Origin: Somniosus microcephalus | Taxonomy: Eukaryota | Direction of reading: 5' to 3' | NCBI GenBank assembly: GCA_052327205.1 | Contig: JBMRGM010000043.1 | Span: 31,310,001 to 31,374,000 of the forward strand | Length of the DNA: 64,000 nucleotides | In this document: in pieces, positions 49,790 through 62,608 of the stretch | Numbering within the stretch: position 1 is the stretch's first letter | Layout of the letters: each line of letters begins with the position of its first letter | The notes under the pieces: model-generated | The model's input: the letters and a program-made list of their open reading frames with translations, nothing else | The model's database searches: none | Told to the model about the DNA's origin: nothing | Translations under genes and position numbers: made by a program

Positions 49790-52700
49790 AGTGGGGAGGG
49801 GGGAGGGTTCAGTTGAAGGGGAATTTAGAAAGTCAAACAGAAAGGAGGAGGTAACAGTGCAAGGTAGCGATAGGGGTAATGATAACCAGAGATTGACAGG
49901 AGGAGACAAAGCATACAGACATAAACGTGCACTTGCAAACAGATTCAGAGTAGTTAAAAATGGTATAAAAATAAATAAAAGCTCTTTAACTGAATGCATG
50001 CAGCATTCATAACAGGATAGATGAGTTGCCGGCACAAATCGAAATAAATGGGCATGATCTGATAGTCATTACAGAGACGGGGTTGCAAGGTGACCAATTC
50101 TGGGAACTGAATATTCAAGGGTATTTGATATTTCGGAAGAATAGGCAGAAAGCAAAAGGAGTTGGGTAACTCTTTTAATAAAGGATGTGATCAGTGCAGT
50201 GGTGAGAAATGATATTGGCTCAGAATATCAAAATATAGAATTTGTTTTAACGGAGATAATAAATAGTAAGGGAAATAAATCATTAGCGGGAGCAGTCTAT
50301 AGCACTCCTAACTGTAGCTACACTGTGTAGGACAGTGTATAAATCAAGAACTAATAGGGGCTTGTAAGTAAGGTACTGCGATAATCATGGGCGATTTTAA
50401 TATTCATATAGCTAGAACAAATCTAATTGACAAGGTTAGCCTTGAGGTCGAGTTCATAGAATGTATTCGGTATGGTTTCTTAGAACAATACGTTGTGGAA
50501 TCAACCAGGGTGATGGCTATTTTAAATCTGGTAATATGTAATGGGGCAGGATTAATTAATGATCTCATGGTAAAGGATCCTCTTGTGAAGAGCGATCATA
50601 GCATGATGAATTTCTAATTCAGATTCAGGGTGAGAAACTTGGGTCTGAAACTTAAATAAATTCAATTACAAAAGGTATGAAGAAAGAGTTGGCTAAAGTA
50701 GACTGGGAAAATAGATTAAAGTGTAAGACGGTAGATAGGCAGTGACAGATATTTAATGAGATTTTTCATAACTCTCAGCAAAGATTTATTGCAGCGTGCA
50801 AGAAAGACTCTACGAGAAGGATGAACATCCGGGGCTAACTGACGAAGTTTAGGATGGTATCAAATTGAAAGAAAATGCATAACATGTTGCAAAGATTCGT
50901 AGTAGGTGAGAATTGGGAAATTTTTGAAAATCAGCAAAGGATGACTAAAAAATTAATAGAGGTAGAAGATAGATTATGAAAGTAAACTAGCAAAGAATAT
51001 AAAAAACAGAGACTAAGAGCTTCAACAGGTATATAAATGAAAGATAATAGCTAAAGTAAACGTTGGTCCCTTAGATGATGGGACTGGGGAATTAATAATG
51101 GGAAACGGGGAAATTGCAGAGACATTTAACAAATATTTTGTATTGGTTTTCACGGTAGAAGACACAAAAAGCATCCCAATGATAATTGATAATCAAGGTG
51201 CTGTATTCACAATATATATCTAAAATTTGGGTGAGGGTCCCAAATGTAATATTTCCAAGTTTGCTGACATCACGAAACTAGGTGGGATTGTGAGTTGTGA
51301 GGAGGAGGCTAATAGGCTTCAAGCTAATTTAGACAAGTTGATTGAGTGGGCAAATACATGGCAGATGCAGTATAACGTGGATAAATCTGAAGTTATCCAT
51401 TTCAGTACGAAAAACAGAAATGCAGAATATTATTTAAATGTTGATAGATTGGGAAATGTTGATGTACAGACGGACCTGGGCGTCCCTGTACACCAGTCAC
51501 TGAAAGCAAACATGCAGGTGCAGCAAGCAGTTAGGAAGGGAAATTGAATGTTGGCCTTCATTGCAAGAGGAGTTGAGTACAGGAGCGAGGATGTACATTT
51601 ATACAGGGCCTTGATGAGACCTTGGGAGTACGGTGTACAGTTTTGTTTTCCTTACCTAAGAAAGGATATACTTACGATAGAGGGAGTGCAGCGAGGGTTC
51701 ATCAGACTGATTCCTGGGATGGCAGGACTGTCGTCTGAGGAGCGATTGGGCCGACTAAGCTTTATTCACGAGAGTTTAAAAGAATGTGAGTGTATCTCAT
51801 TCAAACGTATAAAATTCTGACAGGGCTAGACAGACTGGATGCAGGGAGGATGTTTCCCCCGGCTGGTGGATCTAGAAGGATTGGTTACATTCTCAGGATG
51901 GCGTACATTCAAGGTTCTTAAATGAAGTGGCTGCAAAGATAGTCGATGCATTGGTTGTAATCAACCAAATTTCCCTGGATTCTAGAGAGCTCCCAGCGGC
52001 TTGGAAATTCGCAAATTTAACGCTCCAATTGAAGAAAGGAAAGAGGCCAAAAGCAGGAAGCTATTGGCCAGTTAGCCTTACATCTGTCATTGGGAAAATG
52101 ATGGAATCCATTATTAAGGAATGAATAGCAGGACATATAGAAAATCATAATGCCATCTACTTGAGTCAACATGGTTTTATGGAAGGGAAATTGTGCTTGA
52201 CAAATTTATTGGAGTCCTTTGAGGATGTAACGAGGAGTGTGGATAAAGGGGAACCAGTAGATGTAGTGTATTTGAATTTGCAAAAGTCATTCGCTAAGGT
52301 GCCAGATAAAAGGTTACTGCACAAGATAAGAGCTCTCGGGCTTGGGGGTAATATATTAGCATGGATAGAGGATTGGCTAACTAACAGAAAACAAAGAGTC
52401 GGGATAAATGGGTCATTTTCCGGTTGGCTAACTGTAACTAGTGGGATGCCACAGGTATCAGTTCTGGGGCCTCCACTATTTACAATCTATATTTATGACC
52501 TGGCCAAATTTGCTGACGATACAAAGGTACATGAGAAACAAGTTGTGAGGAGGACACAATTAGTTTGCAAAGGGATATAAATATGTTAAGTGAGTGGGCA
52601 GAAATTCGGCACATGCAGTATAATGTGGGAAAATATGAGATTATCCACTTTGGTAAGAAAACTAATGAAACAAATTATTATTTAAATGGGGAGAGACTAC

Positions 52701-53400
52701 CTAATGCTGCCATACATAGGGGACTGGGTGTCCTCATACTTGAAACACAAACGGTTAGCATGCAAGTACAGCAAGTAATTAGGAAGGCAAATGGAATGTT
52801 GACCTTTATTGCCAGGGGGTGGAGCATAATAGTAGGGAAGTCTTGCTACAACTGGAGTATTGCGTGTAGTTCTGGTCCCCTTATTTCAGGCGGGATACAC
52901 TTGCATTGGAGGCAGTTCAGAGATGGTTCACTAGGTTAATTCCTGAGATGAAGGGGTTGTCTAAAGAAGAAATGTTGAGCAGGGTGGGCATTTACGCATT
53001 GGAGTTTAGAAGAATGAGAGGTGATCTTATTGAAACATATAAGATTCTGAGGGTGCTTGACAGGGTAGATTCAGGGAGGATGTTCCCCCTCGTGGGGGAA
53101 TCTAGCAGTAGTGGACAAAGTTACAGGATATGGGATCGCTCTTTTAAAACGATGATGAGGAGGAATTTCTTCTCTGAGGTTGTGAATCTTTGGAATTGTC
53201 TAACCCAATGAGCTGTGGAGGCAGAGTCATTGAGTATATTCAAGGTGGAGATAGACATATATTTGAGCTACAGGGGAGTTAAGGGTTTTGAGGAGCGGAT
53301 GGGAAAGTGGGGATGAGGCCAAGTCAGATCAGTCATGGTCGTATTGAATGGTGGTGCAGGTTCGAGGGGCCGAATGGCCTACTCTTGCTCCTATTTATGT
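49790..53400 (+). mobile_element. Composite decayed CR1 LINEs, paralogous to 20040-23995
   Basis: EN and RT motifs; same internal junctions as the gene A copy. Confidence 0.9.
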
Positions 53401-53701
53401 TTCTCATGAAATATCACGTAGATGTTATTAGCAGGTGTAATTTTAACCTAACTCAGCCTGGTCGAAAAGGGACTGGGTCTGGTGAAATCCCTGTTGTCAA
53501 TCGCACCCAATTTTACTCTCCTACTACAAGGGAGAGTAAAGTCCATTGGGTGTACACCCACCCTGAAATTGTCCCGATCTCGTCAGTTTACTGCCAGGGT
53601 GGGTGATACTAAAATGACCCCGGATTAGGCTGGATTAATCTGATTCTGTTCATCAACTTCCCCAGATTGTTGCCTTTATAATGCATCTGCTTTATTTACA
53701 G

Positions 53702-53733
53702 ATAATGATGATGGCGCCTCAGGAAGGAAACAG
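53702..53733 (+). CDS. Gene B cytoplasmic exon 5 (DNDDGASGRKQ)
   Basis: ttacag and cag/gtaagt. Confidence 0.82.
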
Positions 53734-55205
53734 GTAAGTTTTCTTTAGAGGGGAAAGATGCTGGTGAGAAATATCACGACCAATGCGGGTAGATTTCTAA
53801 CTAACCTTCGCAAAGTAAACTGTCGGCCATCAGTTTTAGCAATGGCCCGATTGAAACACACACCCTTATCAATAAGATATTCCTTTGGACTGTGAAACGA
53901 GCAGCACATTCGCTGTCCACCCGTTATGGTCCCACACTGCCCAAAAGCAATTTTAACCCCGATGTCTATTATTCTCTATCATTGGGACAGATATGCTGCT
54001 TGCGACTTGGGCTTAAAGAGGGCGATGACGGTCTTTCACACAGAATAGAAAACACACATTTTTAATTTGCAATGATTTTAATTAAAAATAGAATCCGGCG
54101 GTTCCAGTCGACGCCAGTTTTAAGCCTGGGCCGAATTTGTGAAATCTAAATCATTCTGTCTGCAAAGGTCGCTGCTAAACTTGCTCCACACCACTAAAGT
54201 AGCCCCTGATTAGTAATTTAAATCCCGACCATTATTTTAAAATTCAGTTGCCAGTTGTTTACAGAATAATAAAGAACATTTTAGTTTCGTTCCACCGAAA
54301 GATCATTGCAAACATGGGTGCAGTAGATTATTGGTTACATAACTGGATCAATAATCCAGAGGTCTCGAATAATGGTCCGAAGATATGAGTTCAAATCCCA
54401 GCACTGGCAGCTGGGGAAAGTAAATTCAGTTAATTAAATACATCTGGAATAAAAAGCTCATAACAGTAATGGTGACCATGACACTCTCTGGTTGTTGTAA
54501 AACCCAACTAATGTCCTCAAGGAAGGAAATTGGCTGTCCTTACCTGGTCTACCCTATATGTGACTCCAGACTCACTAGCAATGAGGTTGACCCTTAACTG
54601 CCCCTAAAATGGCCGAGCAAGCCAATCAATTGTACCAAACTGCAAGAAAAGGCATTAACCCTATGGGAACACCTCCCCCTCCAAGTCACACACCATCCTG
54701 ACTTGGAAGTATATCGCCATTCCTTCAGCGCTGCCGGGTCAAACTCCTGGAACTCCCTCCCTACCAGCACTGTGGGAGCACCTTCACGACACAGACTGCA
54801 GCGTTTCAAGAAGGCGGCTCGCCACCATCTTCTCAAGGGCAATTAGGAATGGGCAATAAATGCTGGCCTTGCCAGCGACGCCCACATCCCGTCAATGAAT
54901 AAAAAATTATCATCGCTTGTTTAAATTTAGTCGGTGGTTTATTCATTGCTCGTTTCAATCCAACCATTTTATTTTGATTTTTAACTATAAAAGTAAATTA
55001 ATAGAGGAATTATAAGTGAAATTGTGTGAGCTCAGCCAGTTAATTGTCAGTAGTTTTGACCATACTGTAAATCTGGCAATATTGAATTGGCCATCCATTA
55101 TCCATCTCTCCCGACTTCCCTTCCACTGAAATCACCACTGATTCTCTCTCGGCAGCTGTGCACCATCACCTGAGACAATTTCAGCCCGATATTCTTTAAT
55201 TGCAG

Positions 55206-55334
55206 GATAACAAGAATGGCCCCATTGACTATTGTGTCACATACGCCTCAGTTAACTGCGCAAATACTGAAGCTAGTTTGGAAGGAGGTCCAATGGAAGA
55301 AGGCTGTGTCTACGAAAACCTTCCACGGAAATAA
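55206..55334 (+). CDS. Gene B last coding exon (DNKNGPIDYCVTYASVNCANTEASLEGGPMEEGCVYENLPRK*)
   Basis: tgcag acceptor; ITIM VTYASV, terminal YENL, TAA at 55332-55334. Confidence 0.88.
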   Translation, partial: DNKNGPIDYCVTYASVNCANTEASLEGGPMEEGCVYENLPRK

Positions 55335-58300
55335 GAGTGAAGCAGGATTAAGAAGCATGGATACAACAAGAAAACAGAATGGAGGCAACGTCAATCAACT
55401 TGTGCTCTGTGCAAACTACCTGCTCTCAGGGACTTTAATCTGAAGGCAGGTTAAGCCATTGTTCCTTGTGCAAGGCCTTCTAGGCACAGCGTTCCTGCCC
55501 GCCAGCCATTCAATTTATACATATGTTTTACTCTGACAGGACTTTATATCTCGAGGGACATCATGTCGCAACCTTTGCAGCTGATATTTTGCACAGGGAA
55601 CCTACGTGTGGCTTTGGTGGTGCTACGTGCAAGTCTATACAGTGTGTAAGAATATTGCACCGGAACGTACACCCAGGCTAGCCATGTTCTAATGCAATTA
55701 GTTAATGGATGCGTTGGGGCTCTTGCTCTCTTTTTCCGCCAGTGATCCTGCATTCTTCCAAAACTGCAGAGGGAGATCAGTGGATCCCCTGGAGAAATTA
55801 TGCAAATGCCCGAAGATGACGGGAGAAATCCTGTAGCAATTTCTAGGGTCACTTTTATCTTAAGTCATGTTGTAGAATGAATGTCATCAAACCGATATAG
55901 CCCCACGACATATTTCCTTTTCCATTAACGTCAATGTAAAGTAAAACAGGGCATGCTGTATAATGGGAGCCTTGAATGATATCGTCCATTTCCCACTCTC
56001 GCCCAAAATTCAAATTATTCCAATCTATATGAATGCCACAAAAAAACTGTGTATAGAGTAAGTGGTTACTGTTTAATCTTCATCGCTTGGGAGTTTAGCA
56101 TTGCATTGGCAGATCGCAGGATAGAATATCTGGCGGGAAGGATGGCCCATTACTTGCCAAGCCCATCGAATTTTGCTTTCTTTCAACCTTCAAAAAGCAG
56201 GCCGTTCCGTTACCAGTATCCCTTGTGCCAAACTTTCCTTCCACGTTCCGGCAGTACAGACTGAACTCTACCTCACCATATATTAGTGCCAAATGCATAA
56301 GACATAGCGTTTTGTAATGCTACATGGATGATGGGAATTTTAAAATTTACACAGAATTTAAAGCACAGTAACTGGCCATTCTGCCCAAGTGGTCTGTGCT
56401 GGCGTTTATGTTCCACACGAGACTCTTCTCACCTTCCCTCATCTAATCCTATCAACATATCCATTTTGTAACATATAACATAAAAACATAAGAATTAGGA
56501 GCAGGAGTAGACCATATGGTCCCTCGAGGCTGCTCTGGCGTTCAGTAAGATCGTGGCAGATCTTCGACCTTAACTCCACTTGCCTGCCCGATTTCCATTT
56601 CCCTTGTTTGAACTAGAATCCAGAAATCGATTTTATCTCAGCCTTGAATGTACTCAATGATTCTGCATACACACCAAATTGGGGAAGTGCATTACAAAGA
56701 CTCACAACCCTCTGAGTTAAGAAATTCCACCTCATGGCTGACCCCATAACCTCAGACTATGTTCCCGAGTTTTAGAATCTCCAGCCAGGGGAAACTGCCT
56801 CTCAACATCTATCCTGTAAATCCCCCCAGAATCCTAGATCATCTCTCATTCTTCTAAATCCCAGTGAGTATGGTCCCAATCTACTCAATATGTCCTCTTC
56901 GGACAACCCTCTCATCCCGGGAATCAATCTAGTGGACCTTAATGGAACCGCCTCTGTGATGGAGACTACAAAAGGACACAATACTGTAATGTGGTCCAAT
57001 AACACTTCTATACAAATTTAACACGGCTTCTCTGCTTTTCCATTCATTTCCTCTAGAAATGGACTCCAATACTTCGGCAGCATTTTTAAGGCCTTGTCAA
57101 CTTGTTTTTCTAATTTTAATGATTTGTGAATGTGCACGCCTGGATCCCTTTACTCCTCTACCCCATTTAGATTCAAATTTTTCGAGAATAATGTGGCTTC
57201 CTCATTCCTCGTACCAAAATTCACAACCTAACTATGTTAAAATTCGCTTGCCATGTACACGCCCATTCAGCATGTTTATTAACGTCTTTTTGTATTTTAT
57301 CGTGCTTCAACAATAACTGTTTTTATCGTTGAATAATAAATACAATTTTAAGAAATATTCCCCGTTGTTCACAGATTGACATCAAGTGTAAGTCTATTCA
57401 GCACGATTTCAACCAAACCTTCTGCTAATTCAATGCACAAAGTTTGTATCTGGGGAATGACCATACGGTTCTGCCTGTCTTTCCCTGGAGACTCCCTCCA
57501 AATGATTGGCTAAGACAGGGGAGGGAAAATGTATTTCTGGTGACTTTCACTCATATTCTGCTGCATATTTAAAATATATATATTTATTTTAATCAATAAA
57601 TATTCTGGGATGCGGCACAATACGAAAATGGAAACAATTAATTTTGGTGATGGTGCCAAAAAGTTTAATCTCTTTTTCTGAAAGTTAGAGAAAGGAATAA
57701 CAAAAATTCTGTTGGTTCCTTATGGGCATTCCATATATTGTTATAGCGCATTGTCGGTCTGTTTTATCTATTTATCGATCTATCTTTTTGTGTTTGATTT
57801 ACTAATTATCTAACTATGTGTCTGTTTATTCATCATCAGTATCACAAATAATCAAAGGCATGCACCAATAGGACAATTGAAGTTCCAATTATGGATTGTA
57901 CCAGTAGAATAGTACAGGTTCTAACCATAGATTCTATCAGTGGGACAGTATAATTGACAAACTAAGGCCTGTACGAGTAGGACAATAAAGTTTCAAAAAG
58001 ACCTGCAGCAATAGGACAATTTAAACAGTCAACAAAATATCTGAGCTAGTATCGGTACTATTCATATGCATGCACATATAGGACAGTATAACAAATGATT
58101 AGAGACATGCTGCAGTCGGACATTATAGGCACTATTTATAGACCTGTACCAGAAGGACAGTGAATGTACTGAGCATTGCCCGGCACCTGTAGGGCTATAT
58201 ATGTACTAATTACTAACTGCACGAGTAGTAATTACAAATTCCTTATCCAGTGTCTCTTTATCGCTCCCAGTCATAGACAAACACCAATTGAACTGCGCAG

Positions 58301-59292
58301 ATTCTAATTAGAGTTCGCCACAATAGTAAAGAGTTGGTATTTATTGCAGATCTGGGCAAAGAGGACAATATGGCTACCAATAGCTGACCTGTACTAGAAG
58401 TAGTGTCTACGTACTGATCATATACATTCTGCAGTAGGAGAGTCGAAGCAGTAGTCATGGACCTGCACCAGTAGGTGATACCTAGAGTGAGCCCGAGAGA
58501 GGAACAATACTGTGCGACTCAAGGAGATGCCCCATATAAGTCTGGTATTAGGCTTCAGCAATTTGAGGTTCGAATCACCCATTTGCTAAACATTAATGAC
58601 GAGATTGAACTCGCGGGACTTAAATGGTTAATTGTGCCAGAGTGTAACAGGTTCAGTGGTCTGATTTTTCGCTGGTATCAGCACTTCGCCTCCCTTCCCC
58701 CTCTAACGTTGTACCAGGCCATATACACAGAGCTGGGGTGACCGCTTCCCTAAGCCTGTGAAAAAAACAAGCCTTCAGACTGGGGCCACAGAGCAGGCCA
58801 GTCTCTCTGTTAACGGTATAAGCTGTGGTTAGAATAAATCATATTTAAAACAGTTTGAAGAGATGTCTCCAGCATGGATGCCAACTGTTCCCTTCTGATA
58901 AGAATTTATTATAAAACTGACAGGGCTCAGTTAACTTTTCAGCGTTAGGGTGGACTCGTCATCACGTCTGGTTTGATTTCCTATTGTCTCCAATGTGGTC
59001 AGCAGTCAGACTGATCTCAGTGTGCAGTCGCCTGGTGCATGAACAGTGAGCTCCACAGCTGTAGACTGCTTCTTGGGGAACTCGCTCCAGCCGCTGTCTC
59101 CTCATTCACCGTAAGTACAGACTCGGGATCTGCGCGTGCAGGCGTTTGGTACTGAAGAATTAGAACAGTGTCAGCGGCTGAATGTGATTCTATGATTTCA
59201 CTTTTCACGTGAACAGAACTGAAAACAGCTGATCCGAAGCGCGGGTCTTCACAGAGGGAGGTGGACTGCTGCTCGGATCCCCCGCATTCAAA

Positions 59293-59323
59293 ATGAAGCA
59301 CATCTGTCGCCTTCTGATCTTCT
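59293..59323 (+). CDS. Gene C leader exon S1 (MKHICRLLIF)
   Basis: ATG + 31 nt, t/gtaagt donor. Confidence 0.75.
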
Positions 59324-62050
59324 GTAAGTGAATCACAAATACTTCCAGTGCCTTTGAAAATCAACGTCACTCACCCCGGACCGTTAATCAGATTAATAAG
59401 ACTCATTCTGTGAGAGGGATCATCACTCTAAATTAATATTCAGACTTTATTAAGGTCAAACATTCAATTAAAAAGCATTGAAATGTCATTTCTATGCTTC
59501 AGTTTTAATCAGAATTGAATGCAACAACAGAAATATGTTTGCTTAGTCAGGCTAACAGGATCTTTCTGCTCATCTAAGGGGAACCTTCTTTACTATTAAA
59601 GGTTGCAGCCCAATTAAGATTGCTTCTAAACGGTCCAATGTTCATTATTTTACCAATTATTTAGCCTCACCTGCAGAATCTGGTTGGACATTTCTTATTG
59701 TTCTAGTTTTGCTTATTAGGAAAAAAAAAAAAATTTATACGCTTCATATCAAATATCAGCGTTGGCTCAGTTAACTCACTCTTACAAATTGCTATTAATA
59801 CATGCGGTGAGATTTACAGTGTGTGGCTTCTGTAGCTAGATGTTAAACCTGGTCCGTATCATTGCTTGATGATTCGAGTACCACAGGCAAGTTTCTTGTT
59901 AACATCTGCCACAGAGAGAGAGAGAAAGATAGAGAGCGAGAGAACGGCAGAGCGAGAGAGAGAGTCAGAGCGAGAGACAGATAGGGACAGAGAGAGACAG
60001 ATAGACAGAGATTGGAAGAAAGTAACAATCTCGATGTGCACGAGGGAGAGTGACAGAGAGAGAGAACGGACAGGAGTGGTTTTCAACTCAGCTTTTCACA
60101 TTCTTTATGAAGGGCTTATTTTATTTTCAGGTGTGAGGGACAAAATAGATATTAGCGGGATGACATCCCTTGAGTTAACAAAGCTGAGGAGAACACATTT
60201 ACTATGATTTTACTTGAGCTAAACTGACGGCTTTAGGGGGTTTGGCAGGGAATTTTAAAATGCTGGATCTTCAATATTAATTTCTGATGCTGTTTCCTGG
60301 AATTTAGACAGAAGTGACTCTTTATGGTCACATGACATTGAGGCTGCCTTCCTGTGAGATGCTGACCTCAGCGCTCTATTGTCTTGTTACCCACTGGACC
60401 ACAAGACCAGCAAACACGAAAAAACAACAGGGCTTGCATCTTTAATGTACCATCGACTCCTTCACCAGAATCTCATCTATTTTAGTAACTTGACATTAGT
60501 TGTGGGACCATGTTGATTAAATCTAGTTCGACAGATTAATGAGGTAGAGCATAAAAGATGTGAAGTTAATCTCAAATTGATCATTCTTAAGCATATAATA
60601 GGCCCCATGATTTATGTGTTGCACAGCACATGAAACCCACTTTTTGGAAATATTGGCCTAACTGAATGCTTGAAACATTCACCCTATTGAGTCCTAGCTG
60701 GACGAAAGTCCCAGGGTCTACATGTTGAACAATGAAATGCAGACACATCTGCATTGATCATTGACCTGTTTGCAATTATTTCTGCAAAGTTTGCAGCAAC
60801 AAGCATTGCCTTAGTAGTGTGATTCCTGTGGTCTGAGGTGTGACAAAAGCTTTGCTGCTTTCTGCTTCTAGCTGCTGGGTCATGTACTGTCTTCACGAGT
60901 AGCAGTTGCAACCCTGGCAAAACTTGTAATTCTGATTAGGTTAAAGATGAGTTAACTGATAATAGGAACATTACAACAGGAGTAGGCCATTCAGCCCTTG
61001 GAGACTGCTCTGTCATTCAACTATATCATGATTGATCTGTACCTCCACTCCAATTACCCCACTTGCTCAACATCCATTGTTACCCATACTCAACTCGTGT
61101 CAGCCATGGCTCAGTGTATAGCATTCTCGCCTCTGAGTCAGAAGGTTCGTGGATTCCGGTCCCAATCCAGGGACTTGAGCACAATCATCTAAGCTGATAC
61201 TCCAGTGCAGTGCTGAGGGAGTGCTGCACTGTCGGATTGGCTGTCTTTCGGATGAGATGTTAAAGTGACGCCCCTTCCAGGGCGTTTATCCCTGGTGCCC
61301 TGGGCAATATTTGTCCATCAATGACGTAACAAAAACAGATAATCTGCTCATTATCAACATCATTGTGTGAACATTGGCTGCCACATTTCCTACAGTCACT
61401 TAACTTTAAAAGTCTTTCATTGGTTTTAAAACGCTTTCGGAAGTTCGGAGGTCTTGAAAGGTGCTATAGAAATGCAACCATTTCTTTCATTTTTAACAAT
61501 AAATTATCGATCTCCATCTTGATAGCAGCAATTTACCCCCAGAATCCACAGCGTTTTTTGCAAAGAGCGATGCAATTTCTCACTACACATTGTGTGAAAA
61601 AGTGCTTCCTGATTTCCATCCTAAATGGCCTATAAACAATTTTAAAGAAATGTTCCCTGCTCCTTGACAGAACAATCACACTCAGTGGCTCTCAGAACAA
61701 TGAACATTTCAATCTTTGTCAGTTTCCTTTCATCTGGCAGCAGCTTTTCCATGTAGTCCTCAGAGCATTAGGAACTTAAATAAAAACAATTTATCTATGT
61801 TCGTGAGAGGGTCAACTGGAATAATTCGATGTATTAATATTTTACATTTACTTCAACTGAACTGAATACCTGGCGGCACATATAGACGGGCGGCAGATGT
61901 GTTACTGATTGTTTTATGTCCCTGCTGAAGTAGAATTTCACGCCCTGGGTTTTTCCTGTATTCAGCTGCCTTACAGCTTAGCAGCTTAGGTCAACCTTGA
62001 AGATGGTCTCAGATAATGAAACATATTTTACATTGTCTTCTCTCTTTCAG

Positions 62051-62080
62051 TGCAAATTACTCATCAGGCGACCACACAAG
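62051..62080 (+). CDS. Gene C leader mini-exon S2 (rest of the gene lies beyond the window)
   Basis: Identical to 33629-33658 with tttcag and ag/gtatga. Confidence 0.8.
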
Positions 62081-62608
62081 GTATGATGACAATAATGTTC
62101 ACTATTGATAATAATCCAGTTTGTGGAATGAACGTTTCCAATTTATAGCAGTAGGACAACAAGAATCCAGCAATGGAGTAATTATCAACTGTTCGCCCAA
62201 GCATAAAACTGACGTTCTGGATACGCGAATATAAGAGAGACGCCCGATCATCATTTTCATTGATTTGGTGGGGATGTAAATTGGGTGGTTTCTCTCATGG
62301 TCTTCCAATCTGAAAACCAATTTTAAGCCTCCATGCCAAATTTAATGTCTAAAACAATACAATAAAGATAACGTGGCCTAGAAATTGGTCTGTGTACCTA
62401 CCAAATCATTTCACTGAGGATTGGCAGTGAGTAATAATAATTGAGTAAAGAAATGGATGGCTAGATAGACAGCTCTTTGAAGAAGTAACAGAGAATGCTG
62501 ATGAAATTAGTGCGGTAAAATGTTATGTATATAGACTTTCAAAAAATGCTTTATGAAGTACCACATAACAGAGTTGTTAGCAAAAATGGTATTGTGATCG
62601 TGGTGACT

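Larger units (their letters stand above)
30875..55334 (+). other. Gene B: complete FCRL-like receptor, leader + 4 Ig + TM + 7 cytoplasmic exons, about 579 aa
   Basis: 14 coding exons total 1740 nt in one open frame. Confidence 0.85.

Noticed and set aside
59843-60207. SL-rich and ER-rich ORFs
   Set aside because: Translations of the GA microsatellite
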